Source: Ostrea edulis (taxonomy: Eukaryota). From it: a DNA stretch of 64,000 nt. Shown here one piece after another: positions 11,528 to 24,300 of this stretch. Within the stretch, counting starts at the first letter, position 1, and the number at the start of each line of letters is the position of its first letter. The DNA lies in assembly GCF_947568905.1 (NCBI RefSeq), contig NC_079168.1, positions 93,930,001 through 93,994,000 on the forward strand, read 5' to 3'. Below the pieces are notes generated by a model. The model was given only the letters and a program-made list of their open reading frames with translations, did not search any database and had not been told where the DNA came from. Made by a program: the position numbers and the translations under genes.

Positions 11528-14313
11528 ACCAAGGAAAGAGAAACGAAGGAAAAGACGGAGTAAATTCTTTTTAGGGATCAAATTTCGTTTGCCTGGGAAA
11601 CAATGGTCCCTTAGGTCTCTTTCTTCATTTTTATTTATTTATTTTGACAATCCAATTTAAACATTTACATTAAGTATATGCAACATTTAATTAAGTAGCC
11701 GTTAAAAATTACCCCATTACTGTTCAAAATTTAATGTTGATCACTTTTCGATGATCGTTTTTGATCAAAATTTAACGTTAAATTTTGATTGGGGTCAACC
11801 TGTAATGTTCAGAAATGATCCCAGGGGTCGTTCTTCAACGAGATCAGTTTGTCATGTCTGTATAGATTGATGAATATTTGTCTTTATTCCTCGTTGTGTC
11901 ATTTGGCAAAGGTGTCAGATGTACTCTATATGTTGTTAGAAGGGGCCGAAGTGTCAATGTACTCTGGATAGAGTCGAAAATATGCAATGAATTCATAGGA
12001 ATAAGCAGCATAAAAGTAGATGAATCTCACCCAAGTGTCCAGACTATCCAAAGTCACATTGATAAAGAACTTTTTAAATTTTGAACCTTGTAATGAGAGT
12101 TTTATCATTAAATGCATTAGTAAATTAGGGGTACGGAAAGCCACAGGTACAGTGTATAGATGGAATTTCAGCAAAGATTGTAGAGATTTACACAAAGAAA
12201 TTCTTAAACCTTTAACATCTATTGTAAATTTTTCTCCTTTAATAAAGCTGACATGAATGAATAAATATAGCAGAATTCTTTATATCCGCCATACTTCTCT
12301 GCTAATCCGCCATATTAGATGAATTTTCTATTGTTGGTGGAGTTCGCGTGTTAACTATAGTCTAGTGCGGAAGTCTAGTTTACGCATGTCTAGTCAACTA
12401 GTGCACGCGAACGAAGTTAAGTTTAGTTCAGATATAAAAATATGGCTGTCTGCAACAAATCAGTTGTGGAATTGTCAATTTTGCAAAGTAGTTTTCGATA
12501 ATGGCGTTGAAGAATCACAGATGTACCAGCATAAATCTACTAACTACAGCTTGTTTCTCGATAACCATCTTTTTCGGTATCGAAAATTTTTCCAAAATTA
12601 TGAGTAATTTAGAATACTTTTTAAATTGCATTTATTAAGCTCGCTTTCCAAGTGGAGAACGACTGACTTCGATATCAAATGTTGCATTTTACCATGCTTT
12701 GGGCAAGCGTAAAATGTAAAACATGGGCCTAAATGAGTAAAATCGACTAAATTACTGAAAACATGCACCTCTGTGATTTCTGTCATATATTCCTCAAAAT
12801 TTAATTTCTGCTAACGTGCTCCAATTACTTTTCACACTTTGTCCACCATCTTTGAACTAGACCGCTAGTACATTGTATGTGATAGAATAGTTAGTAATTT
12901 TCGACTAGACTCGTTCACTTCCGGCAAACTAAAGCACGTTCGGGTGAAATATAGTATTACTTTTGTGACTATAGTTTGCAATCGAACTCCATCGTTATAT
13001 GTATCTGGATTCGCATGGTATATAAGGCGACGAGTTTTGCTACGGTTCACTTCACATCAGTGTTTTCGATTTATCTGTGCGGGTAGCTTCGACAGGTAAC
13101 ACGAGCATATCCGATACGAAGTTATAAGGCATCAAAAAGAAATAAAATCACGTTTTGGAACACCATGCAGTGCTAAAAAATTATGTACAATGAAAAATAA
13201 TAAATCATTCTAATATTTTTGAATAAATACATTTAGATCGAATGGTTTTTCTTTACATGCATGTACGTACAGTTGCAGTAAAATGTCAAAACTATACAAA
13301 AATTCGAAATATTTTATCTATTGACAGAATGAATAAGCAAAGGTCGTAAAATTTATTCCATTCACTCTCACTTCAAGCCAAATGCAAATACATAAATACT
13401 ACTGTACTTATACACATGCCATGTATGCTCGCCATGAAAACGCATCGAATGCGGACGACTATTTACATAGGTCTACTCGTAATATCTGTAAAGGGCCGCA
13501 GTTGTACGTGTACACTTGTCGAAAATACCCTAAGTAGTAGTAGAACTCCCTTTATTTGCATAATCCATGAAACAAAACGATAAAGTCCATTTGTATTCCT
13601 TCCGTAAACACCGTTGTAAAGACCGCGACACACTTAGCCCGTGCCGATCAGCTATCTTCAATCAGGGGAAGTATCAGAGTAGAATATTTATCCTGAATCC
13701 TTATACCGTATGATTTACTGGTCAGAGTATTGCAGATTTGTAAATCGGGAAATCGTTTAGGCACATAAATTGCGCATGTATATATAAATTTGTATACATG
13801 TACTACACTGTGCGAGTGTATGGGATTGGAGAGAGAGATTGAGATAGAGAGAGATCGATTCAAACGATGATCTTGTTGTAATATTGTGCTGTAATTAGGA
13901 CAAATGATATCGTTAATTCAATAAAAAAAATAAAATAACAGTAACTCAACAGCGCTCTCATTAATTGATAGTACAGATTTATGATCCATTTAAAACACAC
14001 AACAATTAAAAATTACAGATATCATTAAACAATGTTATCTTCAATTACTTCATTTTATGCTATTTTGGCACTCAGTAGATCTTATATATCTATGACATTT
14101 TGCGTCATTACATTCTGCGTTGAACTCGACGCAAATTCAATTCTGCGTTGAACTCGACGCAAATTGTAGAAATGCAAAATGTAGCAATTGAGTTTATCAT
14201 ATTCTGCATCGTTATCAGGCCCAAGGAATCAAGGGGAGGGGACAAGGGGGTCTGTCCCCCCTCCTTTTTAACAACATCCTTAATTTGTAATTTTGTAATG
14301 CAAATAAGAGATA

Positions 14314-14593
14314 TGTAGTAATTCTAGGCGACTTAACCTGGGTTAAGCTGTCTATACTATATTACCCGGATGTGTTATCAAGCCCTTACCGGAAGTGAAT
14401 TACTGGAACCCCAGTTGATTGTGATTTCCCTACCAGAGCAGACGTGTTCCACGGACCAGTTTCCTAATACGCCGCTGCCCTTGGGATAAATCGACTCAAG
14501 CTATTGACTCGCTGTCTTCTACATCGAGGAACTTACCTTGCTGTATTCACAGACCAAGTGGTGAGTTTAGCTAGATAGCCACGATTTACTATA
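14314..14593 (+). repeat. Single LTR (280 bp) of the decayed Gypsy element
   Basis: TGTAGTAA...TTACTATA inverted termini (terminal CA apparently mutated to TA), followed after 1 nt by TGGCGTC; no partner LTR in the window. Confidence 0.6.
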
Positions 14594-14680
14594 TTGGCGT
14601 CGCCGGTAAATTGGAATAACCACTTGTTTTGTGTGTTAGTTCATAAAACCCGCGTCAATAGATGACAATTGTTGTGCTCG

Positions 14681-14924
14681 CAGCACGTAAAATTTGCAGA
14701 TAACTCATGTACATGTCATATTAGTATATGCATTTTGGTTACAGTGCTCTAGGAAAATTCCTTAGAAGTACTGCAATCATTTGTGTGCATTTTTGGTGTG
14801 ACAACGTGTAAGCAGCACGTCAAAACTTGCAGAAAGAGTGCATGTCCAGATATTAAATGCATATTGGTTACAGGACTATTGGACAATTTCATTTCAGTTC
14901 TGCAATAATTTTTGTGCATTTTTG
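14681..14924 (+). repeat. Diverged tandem duplication (132-bp period) in the Gypsy leader
   Basis: CAGCACGT at 14681 and 14813, each followed by TTGCAGA...TGGTTACAG...CTGCAAT...GTGCATTTTTG. Confidence 0.7.
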
Positions 14925-15104
14925 AGAAAAATTCCTTTCACTTCCGCCGGCAATTTTTTCACGTGAATTTTTCCCGCCAAATTTTTTTCACGAGATTTAA
15001 AGGTAAGCAATACCTATTATTGTCTACTTTAGTTCCATTGTTAACATTGTAAATTTATAAATTTATAAATCTAATTCAATTCTTGTGCAAAATTGTTGTA
15101 AACT

Positions 15105-17185
15105 ATGGCTGACAAAAATGTCAAGAGCGAAAACGAGAATTTGCCAATTAATAGTGGACAAGAAAAGGTTAAAATAAACTATTCAGAGGTCGTAGAGCTT
15201 AGAAAATTACCATCAGTGGGAGAAGTGACAGCTGATAACATTATAAAATATAGATAAAAGTATGGTAACATAACACCTGGCAAATTGGCAGTGATCCAGT
15301 TCATAAGAGTTAGTTCAGAATTCCTAGCACTTGTGGACTTTGAGCCCAATGAAGAATTTGAACCTAGAACCCCAGAGTCAGAGGGTCAAAGGTTATGTAG
15401 ATGGTCACTTCATGAATCTGAGGATGAACATAATTCTACAAGGTCTGAAAAAAAACAAGAGAATTAATAGAGAGGGTAGATGAGTTGGTGAAGGAAAAAG
15501 CAAATGCAATGTTGTTAGCTAAGCAAACAGCCGATTCGCATTCACTGACACATAGTACCCTGAGTCATTCTTAGCATCCCAATTAGAGGATAGTAGGGTG
15601 AAAAGAGAACACTCAGATGAACGAGAATTGTTGATTGCAAGTCAAGGTGTAGGTTTAGAGGGCAGATATGTGGTAAACAAACAACCACCATATGACTACC
15701 CTACTAACAGTCAACCAGTGTGGGGCCAAATGTCGGGACCAGTGGGTATGCAAACACCCGGCATGCCATTGTCAGGTATGCCACCACCCCAATTCATGCC
15801 TTGTTACCCAGGCATGCAACCAGGCTACCCGTGGATGCCATATGGAATGCCGTATTCGGTGCCCCAATATTATCAATACCATCCACAGGTAAGCCAAGTA
15901 CCTGGTAATCCATCACCTTGGCCACAACACGTAGGTAACTGGCCGACAGTATATGGTAACCAGGCACCACCACAAGTGATGGCTGGGCATCAAGGGCCAG
16001 CAATTCAGACAAGACCAGATGATGAGGTAGGACCATGGCAACCAGTAAGACCTAGGGGGGATTACCTCCGGTACATCCGCACGCATATGAAACAACTGAC
16101 AATCTAATAAGACGTTGGCGTACGGATGAGGTAAGAATTAGAGAACCTCCCCAAGAATGCGACTTTGATGCGCATCGGCTACTCCGACGAGAACAACCGC
16201 AGCCATTCGAGCAGCCGCACCGTATCATGCGTCACGTAAGAGAGTTGAGAGATAACCCAGGGCCAGTTCGGCGTGATGCTGAATTACCAAAAGGTTTAAG
16301 ATTCGAGGGCAAAGAGAACTGGTTAGGGTTCAAGCATAAATCTATGCGTTATTACCAGGTGAGGCAGTGGACACCAAATGAAGCCAAATACTTCCTGTGC
16401 TGGTGCCTCGAAGGTAAAGCAAGTGAGTTTTATGCGACAGTAGTTGCACGGGATCAAGGAATTGATTTCGTGAAAATACTGAATAAGTTAGAGAAAAGGT
16501 TTGGGGGTGTTCCACTTCCGGACACCGCCCAGGTTCAACTGGCCAACTCTAGGCAGTGGCCAGATGAATCGATCGAGAATTGGGCAGACATAGTTTTGCA
16601 GTTGTCTGTTCATGCATTCCCTGAATTACCCGAGGAGTATATGTACAGACAAGCCATAAAGAGAATTTGTCATGGTTGCATTGATAGGGAAGAAGGTCAG
16701 TTTGTGGTGAACATGAACTTAGAATCAGTCGAATTGACTATCGACACAAAAGTTATCAATTCAACCACCAGTCGATTTATGATAGAGGTCGGAAGGAGGT
16801 AAGAGAAATTAAAGTGTCTCAAGAAAGTGACCAAACCTCCAGTGATGAGGAAGCTTCCCATCACAAGGTACGAAATGCGTCTCAAAAAACAAAGCGGAAG
16901 TCAAATTTGTCAGAATTAACCCAGAAAATGGGGGATATTCATGACACAATGAAGTCATTAGTGGCACAATTGGAGAAATGGCAGGCACAAACTCCAAGGA
17001 ATCCTTCAAGGAGTCCTGTAAGGAGTAAGTCAGCCTCTCCAAGTAGTGGCCGTTGTTTTAATTGTGAGGGCATAGGGCACTTTGCTAGGGAATGTCTCAA
17101 GAAGAAAACAGAAAATAGGTCGGCAGTGGCCAAACAAGTATCCTTCTCAGATTTAAACGCACATTTGGGACCACAATTATACTAG
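15105..17185 (+). pseudogene. gag: gag pseudogene: N-terminal HhH motif, P/Q/M-rich linker, capsid-like domain, zinc knuckle; several stops and frameshifts
   Basis: ATG 15105; VKINYSEVVELRKLPSVGEVTADNIIKYR*KYG; capsid-like 16227-16802 (WLGFKHK...LEGKASEFY...LEKRFG); CFNCEGIGHFAREC in 16814-17185. Confidence 0.8.
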
Positions 17186-18880
17186 CTAAATTCAAACCAC
17201 TGACAGAGAACACAGTGATAAACTATACCGGTACACAAGCAGTGTAATTATGGAAGTAAATAACTCAAACAAATTGGAATTGTACATATTACATTTATTA
17301 TATGCAATTCCTAGCTAAACATAATTAACTGCTTCTAAAGATAATTCATTTTCAATAGTTCTGCCAATGAAATTGTTTCAACGGTTTCAATAACTGAATT
17401 AACCTTTGAAATAATTTCCTACTCTAAGTCTCTTGATTTAATTTGGCATCTGTATGCTTTACACAGCAGAACTAAATCTTTTTTGGTCACACATTCTAAA
17501 TACCCTTTGTTCTTAGGTATGGCTGACTTTAATAAATTGTGAGAAACTATTTTGTTCTCAGTCATCATCAAAAATGAAATTCATATCCGCTTTTACTTCT
17601 TTAGGAACATTGTTTGATCTAACACAAATTTGTTTACTATGTGCCTTTTTTCCTACGCACAAAGACACAAGAAAATCTTTACGAAACTGATTGAACATAA
17701 CCATTGGAAATTTCTCTGTCCACTCTTTAAATAATTGCTCAATTGCCCCAACTGTGTCCAACATTTCTGAGATAAGCCTGGGTATTAGAGTTTGATCTTT
17801 GTACAAACACAACTGGCAAACTTCTCTAGCAACTGGTATCTCTGGTTAATCTCTAAACTACAAAATTGAGAGATATTTTCATTATGAATTTTTACATTGT
17901 TACAGACTGTATACCAATAAAAATAGGCATACTTCACAGATTGACACAAAAAATGCAAAAAGGTCATCGGAAATATTTGCAAGTCCTCTAGTAACATTCT
18001 GCTTTCGGTATGTTTCAATAAGCGATAGTGGATATTGTGATAAAGAACCAATAATGCTTTCATTCACAGACAAACTGTCAATGATGCCCAACCTAATACA
18101 AGATTCTTTATATTTGGCCTGGTTTTCTATTTTCAGCTTGTAACAATTTGAACCCAACTGTTTGCTATACTTTTGTCTGACTTTAGCTACACAATAGCCC
18201 CCTACATAGCGTATCTTCCCATAACTCTCCTGTGTTACTTTCCTTTGTACAGTATGATGACCTGTGGTGCAACAGACTTTGTATTTGTTTTCAAGGTCAC
18301 TTAACATGTGCTTTCTAGCATTAACTGTAATATTATAGGAAATGTGCGACATAACCTGCTGAGAAATGGTTCTTTTCAAATAAAAAAACATTTAGTTAAC
18401 AAAACGCAGGCCTTGTATTGTGTAGAAGTTTGATGTTCATGACATGTACGATAAAATTCAGCAAGTCTATCTGGCTTAATGGCTTGTGGTATTTTTTTCC
18501 ACCCGAATGCTTTCAATCATATCATTCATAATGGAAAATTCATCAGCACAAAATTTATGGTGTGTTTTTTTTTTTTTTTGCATGTCTGTCACCACATTTT
18601 TCGCATAGAGATTTCTTAACATTTCTATGGTGCTGAAATCAGCATGTAAACTGAGAGTATCAGCGCTACACGGAGTATCGCTGGTAGGAACTGTTAAAGT
18701 ATTCAGAGCAGATTCTTCAAAATCAAACTCGGACTGCATTGTAACTGCTAAAATGTCTATAGGTATTGGTTTTTCTCCTTCAAAGTCAGAAACAATTTGC
18801 CTGAAATATGCATAAACCAATATAAATGTTTCATCATTCTGTAAAGCATATTTATCATTAGACAGAAAACAAGAGGACAA
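17170..18880 (-). pseudogene. Degenerate coding relic of an unassigned transposon-associated gene (YxGGY...GL motif as in P/THAP9 C-termini; SAP-like C-terminus)
   Basis: Broken minus-strand ORFs 18476-18880, 17900-18391 (KIRYVGGYCVAK...RGLANISDDLF) and 17558-17812; downstream frame reads VTKKDLVLLCKAY. Confidence 0.4.
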
Positions 18881-19522
18881 CTCGCTTGATCACCTTGGCT
18901 TTAGATATATATATATGTCCATATTTAAAGATTTTCCCTACATATATGCATGTAAAACTTTGGTCCCTATTGCGGCTCCAACCTACCTCCGGGGACCATG
19001 ATTTTTACAAACTTGAATCTGCACTATGTCAGGAAGCTTTCGTGTAAATGTAAACTTCTTTGGCTCAATGGTTCTTGAGAAGAAGATATTTAAAGATTTT
19101 CCCTATTTATTCCCATGTAAAACATTGATCCTTTATTGTGGCCCCATCCTACTCCCGGCGGTCATGATTTGTACAAACCTGAATCTGCACTATGTCAGGA
19201 AGCTTTCGTGTAAATATAAACTTCTTTGGCCCAATGGTTCATGAGAAGATTTTTGAAAAGAGTTTTCCTATTTATCCCCATATAAAACTTTGATCCCCTA
19301 TTGTGGCCCCTTCCTACCCCCGGCGGCCAGATTTGTACAAACCTGAATCTGCATTATGTCAGGAAGCTTTCAGCTCCTCTGGCCCAGTGGTTCTGGAGAA
19401 GAAGATCTTCAAATGACCCCTCCCTATTTTTGCATTTTTGTGATAATCTCCCCTTTTAAGGGGACATGGCCCTTCATTCGTAAAAAATTCAAAGCCCTTC
19501 ACCCAAGGATGTTTTGTGCCAT

Positions 19523-19558
<36 letters not shown>

Positions 19559-19625
19559 TGAAAATGTGAAAAGTTTACACCGACAGACAAATTTTGATCA
19601 GAAAAGCTCACTTGACCCTTCGGCT
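18867..19625 (+). mobile_element. Non-autonomous Helentron-like (HINE) element with about 166-bp HindIII/Cg170-type satellite monomers
   Basis: AACAAGAGG start, repeated monomers with GGAAGCTTTC and TGTGGCCCC...CCTACC, GACA microsatellite, AAAAGCTCACTTGA subterminal end. Confidence 0.75.
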
Positions 19626-19751
19626 ATTAAAGTAAATTCCACAATTTTAATTATCTCTACCCCTTCCCTAATACTGTTGTAATTATAAGGATTTGACATA
19701 TAATCAATAATATTTAAGCTTAGATATTGGTAAATCAACTTAACTGTCGAT

Positions 19752-20805
19752 CAAGAGGCCCATGGGTCACATCACTCACCTGAGTCACCTTGGCCATGTC
19801 TATGTTCAACTGTTGGGATTTTTGAAAGATTTTCCATCCCAATATTTATTCCCATTAAAATTTTGACCCCATATTATTGCACCTCTCCATAATACCACCT
19901 CTTCATGTTCTAAGTTTGAAGTCTTAATGTCATTTGAAGGGTTCTCAAGTTATGACCTCTTTTGGAATTATAATTTTACATTGGAAAGAATGTTGAGATA
20001 AAAATTGTAATGTAGTGCATCTCAGCCTAATCTCATTGATGGGTGTTGATGATATCGTTATAAATAATCATAGTCCTGCTGTTGCTGATAATTTGAAATA
20101 AAGATTTTCGGAGATATTTCTCTACAAATTCCCATTTAAAAGTGTGAATCCCTAATGTCGTCCCATCCTTCTTCCAGGTGCCATAACTAGAATAAACTTG
20201 AATCTGTTCTACCTAAGGATGCTTGCATATTAACATTACTAATCATGATCCTGTTCTTGAAAAGAAGATTCTAAGCTATTTTTCGATATATCTGCATGTG
20301 AAATTTTGATCCCCAATTGTGGCCCACCCTACCTCCTGGGGACCATGATTTGAACAAATTTGAATCTACTCTACCATGAAGCTTTCATGTAAATTCCAAA
20401 TATTTTGGTCCAGTGGATCTTGAGAAAATTTTACAAATGTAACCTATATAGATGTATCTGCAGGTAAAATTATTGTCCCCTATTGTGGCCCCAATCAACC
20501 CCCAGGAGCCATGAACTTGAGTCTATTCCATATCAGGAAGCTTTCTTGTAGATTTTAACTTTTATGGCGAGTGGTTCTTGAGAAGTAGATTTTAAGATGA
20601 CCCCACCCTATTTTTGCCTTTGTATGATTATCTCCTCACACAGCCCTTCATTTTCACAAACTTGAATTCCCTTCACCAGAGGATGATTTGTGCCAAGTTT
20701 GATTAGAATTGGCCCAGTGGTTCTGGCGAAAAGATGAAAATGTGAAAAGCTTACAAAGACAGACAGAAGATGACAGACAAAAAGCAATCAAAAGGTGTGC
20801 TTAAA
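19752..20805 (+). mobile_element. Second, more diverged HINE element with satellite monomers
   Basis: CAAGAGGCCCATGGGTCACATCACTCACCTGAG head, monomers with AAGCTTTC, GACA repeats at the 3' end. Confidence 0.7.
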
Positions 20806-21140
20806 TATAGACAATACCCATTCCACAACTTAGCATCTATAATTTTTTTAATAATGTGTCATTGAAATTCTTTTCCTCCACCAAGTTCACTGTCATTTAA
20901 AGTTCCAATTGAATTAAAAGTTCTTAGATGGGTAATTGATAAATTTGAGCGGTTTTTTTTTTGGATAGGCTAATAATTCGTCTGAGGGAAGAACCTGATG
21001 AAGAAATTGAGCTGATATGTGAAAGGTCTTTCACTTAAAAATATTCCTCATCTAACTGACAGTATTCTGGATTTTAACAGCATTTCAAATTATATGCCAT
21101 CTGAAGTAGTTTCAGAAATAATATCAGAAAATGAAATCAT

Positions 21141-21285
21141 ATGAAAGGCGAAAGTAACGAACAATGATCAATCTCATAACTCCTACAAGCAATACAAAAT
21201 AGATAGCTGGGCAAACACGGACCCCTGGACACACCAAAGGTGGGATCAGGTGCCTAGGAGGAGTAAACATCCCCTGTCAATCGGT
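21141..21285 (-). mobile_element. 3'-terminal fragment of a common oyster retroelement, probably the Penelope-like family seen at 57685-58172
   Basis: TGATCAATCTCATAACTCCTA...GGGCAAACACGGACCCCTGGA...GGGATCAGGTGCCTAGGAGGAG, closely similar to 23797-23935; family assignment from recall. Confidence 0.5.
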
Positions 21286-21726
21286 TATCCAGGACTCTAT
21301 ACAAGTGTAACAATTATCCCATCAACAAGAACATCTCTTTCTATGGAAATGATGTATGGGAAATGAAATGTGCGAATCAGAAAATAGATTTATCATTCCT
21401 GAACATTTATCCAAAGTATTTGTGCTCTAAATAGGGTATATAATCTATTTTGAAAATTACTGATAAACTGAAAAGGTGTGAAATAACTACCTTAAATTCA
21501 ATTGCATGTAGTAGATTCCAAACTATAGAACAATTTGATTATCACCCAGATACTGAGGAGAAGGATAATTTTTTTTACTGCAGCAGATTTTTATCTGTCA
21601 CATCTAGAAGCAACACATGTAGAAAATGTCAAAAAATGGCTGTATCTGCTGGAAATAGTTAGATTTCAAATGAAAAGCAAGAGGAAAAAGACATTGACAG
21701 TGCATATCAATGTGTAACAGAGGTAA

Positions 21727-21955
21727 CTAAGGATGTATATTTAATTGCTGTGATAAAATTTAGAAATTCATTTCAAAATTAAGGATTATCTCCCTCATCC
21801 ATAGCTCTGATCCTTAGACGAATTTGACTCCAGACATCATTCTTTGGCACTATGTTTTTCTTAGTTCTTACAAGTTTATTGTTATTTCGGATTTCCAATA
21901 TTACTGCTTGAGCATCTGGTGCATCAAAATTGGTACCGTATAAGTTTTACATAAT
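21727..21955 (+). repeat. Partial copy of the ~350-bp AAGGATTATCTCCCTC / AAAATTGGTACCGTATAAG repeat unit
   Basis: Shares sequence with 38660-39456 and 54119-54610. Confidence 0.75.
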
Positions 21956-22786
21956 TGCCCACTGCATCTGACAGCATGTTAACATTGCTTCTGAGCCAGG
22001 TTAAAAACTTGGGACGTAATCCAAAGAGCAGAAGATAGCCAAATGAAATCATTTCCATATGTTTGGATATCTACAATAGAAGTCCTAAGAGTTATAATTG
22101 TTTAGAAAAAAGTAACATGTTAGTACTGCCATCTGCAAAACTGTTGATTTTGTACAAAAACTGTGTTCAACTTAGGCGAAAAGTTGGATTCCAGTGGAAT
22201 CTTTGAGTGGATCTTTTAAGAGGTCACAAGATTACAAGTTCCTAGAGAAGGATTTGTAGGGGGGGGGGGGGTATTCTTGACGAAATGTCAATACAAGAAG
22301 ATTTGCAGATTGAGAAAAACAAAAATGGGGTAGAACTAGTAGGATTTGCCGACAAAGGAGATGAGGCTAATACATGTGCAACACTAAGGGCAGGCACAAA
22401 AGAGAAAACACTTGGAAACCATGTCCTTCAATTTTTGTTGTTTTGTTTTTTAAGACTGACAGGTTTTTCCATATGCCCATTTCATAAGTGACCAGATACA
22501 GGGCTATGATCTGTATATGCTTTTTTTGGGACGCAGTGGACAGACTGCAGATGTTTGGGTTTTCATGTTCGTTTACTTCAATGGATGGAGCAGCTAACAA
22601 TAGATCTTTCATGAATATTAATGTTTCTGACGAAAACAGAATAACCGGAAGTGAACAAAGAAAACATCAAATTTCAAAATTATGCTCTAGAAATGAAACT
22701 TTTATTATAAAATAAGATATCTTTTGTTTAAGAAAATGTGATACCTACCGGAATTTAAAACAGAAGCTTCCGTTTTATTTATTTAA

Positions 22787-23053
22787 TATTGTTTAACGTC
22801 CCTCTCGAGAATATTTCACATATATGGAGATGTCACCATTTCCGGTGAAGGGCTGCAAAATTTAGGCCTATGCTCGGCGCTTATGGCCTTTCAGCAGAGA
22901 GAGAGGGGGGAGAGAGATATCTTTATCGTGTCACACCTGCTGTGACACGGGACCTCGGTTTTTGCGGTCTCATGCGAAGGACCGCCCAATTTAGTCGCCT
23001 CTTACGACAAGCAAGGGGTACTGAGGACCTATTCTAACCCGGATCCCCACGGG
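22787..23053 (-). mobile_element. Meta-domain SINE with non-tRNA head
   Basis: Minus strand reads CCCGTGGGGATCCGGG...GTAAGAGGCGACTAAA head, AAAACCGAGGTCCCGTGTCACAGCAGGTGTG Meta-like core, CTCGAGAGGGACGTTAAAC 3' end. Confidence 0.75.
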
Positions 23054-23796
23054 AATCCGGTTTATTGAGAAAAACTTCGAAAAATTGTTGTTTCTTAAAA
23101 TATAAATCAAATTCCAATAGTCCAAGACAATTGTCAAATGGAATATGCATTGCAATGATCCCAAAAGTCGCAATTTCTACTTTTAAAAATTGTAGAAAGT
23201 TATAACATTAATCATTTATCCATCTGATATATTCCTATCATGGCTTTAATTTTACGAAAATGACTTAACTGCGGAAAATAAGGTTAATTATGGCTAAATA
23301 AGTTAAATCAATTTATCTTTGCTGGTTATTTAGAATTTTACCATATAAAACAAACATATCAGTGGTGTTACAATTTTCCTCAGTTGTGTCACATTATTCT
23401 TTGTTACACAACTGACAGTTACACCAATGATGTATTGAGGTTAAATATGTCGATGTAGCCTAAGGAGTTCATCAAATAGAGATAGCAGCAAGCTACATCT
23501 AAATTAGATCTATAATAGAAATTATGGATGAACATTCCATGCTTCTGTTTTGAAACTTATCTGTGAAATCAGTGTTACACCATTGACTTGTTTAAAGCTG
23601 TACCCATTAAACCAAACTTACCAAAATTGAAAATATTTCACGATCACAAATCACACTGTTTCAAGCATTGTTTCTTAGTGACAGGAAGTGATGTCACTAA
23701 TGACAAGGGGTATTCAAACGTCGATTTGGTTTCAATTTCCCAATGAATATTTAGATTTTACGTCTCTGTTACATCACTTATCAGAAATGTTTGTAC

Positions 23797-23935
23797 ATGA
23801 AAGGTGAAGACAATGAACAGTGATCAATCTCATAACTCCTATAAGCAATAGAAAATAGATAGTTGGGCAAAGACGGACCCCTGGACACACCAGAGGTGGG
23901 ATCAGGTGCCCAGGAGGAGCAAGCATCCCCCGTTG
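23797..23935 (-). mobile_element. Second 3'-terminal fragment of the same putative Penelope-like family
   Basis: Near-identical to 21141-21285. Confidence 0.5.
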
Positions 23936-24138
23936 AATATTTAACCTTCTCATGATATTTTGTCCAAAGTTCAGAGTCATAATTCTATGAAAAATTTCAA
24001 TACAAAGTACACTTTTATATGATGCAAGTTTATTTTTAAAATCAAATTAATTATGGTATTGTACCCGAAAGAGAAGATCAGGATTTATTGACAACCTCAA
24101 AACGCCAATTTCTGTAGTTTGGGGTCAATTTTCTTCTG

Positions 24139-24300
24139 CTTGGCATCAAGTGTGAATGTCACGGGTCCTCGGAGATGACCTTAAAAACGGATGTCCCGTG
24201 TCCCATTAGGTGTGGCACGCTAAAGAACCCTCACTTGAAGCCCTTCTGAGTGAAAAATTCTCGAGCGAGACGTTAAGCAACATACAATCAATCAATCAAT
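24139..24300 (+). mobile_element. 5'-truncated, internally deleted Meta-domain SINE
   Basis: GTCCCGTGTCCCATTAGGTGTGGCACGCTAAAGAACCC core and (CAAT)n tail. Confidence 0.75.

Larger units (their letters stand above)
14314..17160 (+). mobile_element. 5' half of a decayed Ty3/Gypsy LTR retrotransposon (LTR, PBS, leader, gag), truncated at the gag/pol junction
   Basis: LTR-like 14314-14593, PBS-like TGGCGTC at 14595, gag remnants with CCHC knuckle, T_TTA_AAC slippery heptamer at 17152-17158, then unrelated sequence. Confidence 0.75.
20900..22630 (+). pseudogene. P-element/THAP9-like transposase relic, interrupted by later insertions
   Basis: ILDEMSIQEDL (first catalytic D at 22279), ELVGFADKG, FWDAVDRLQMFGF, SMDGAANNRSF (second D at 22584), upstream YNRSPKSY...LVLPS; stops and frameshifts; 5' boundary approximate. 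Confidence 0.8.

Noticed and set aside
10700-12260. Coding-like segments possibly from a decayed gene
   Set aside because: All frames are interrupted and no family is recognisable by eye; needs a frameshift-aware search.
12358-12935. Possible MITE with TAGT...CGGAAGT...GTCTAGTC inverted ends
   Set aside because: The inverted match is gapped and no TSD is identifiable.
14111-14165. Two 28-bp tandem hairpin units (TGCGTTGAACTCGACGCA)
   Set aside because: A simple local duplication with no supporting context.
22980-23053. HDV-like ribozyme in the non-tRNA SINE head (GGT-CCTCAGT-ACC; CGA-CTAA)
   Set aside because: P3, P4 and J4/2-like pieces are present, but P2 cannot form and P1 needs several G-U pairs; not supportable without a covariance search.
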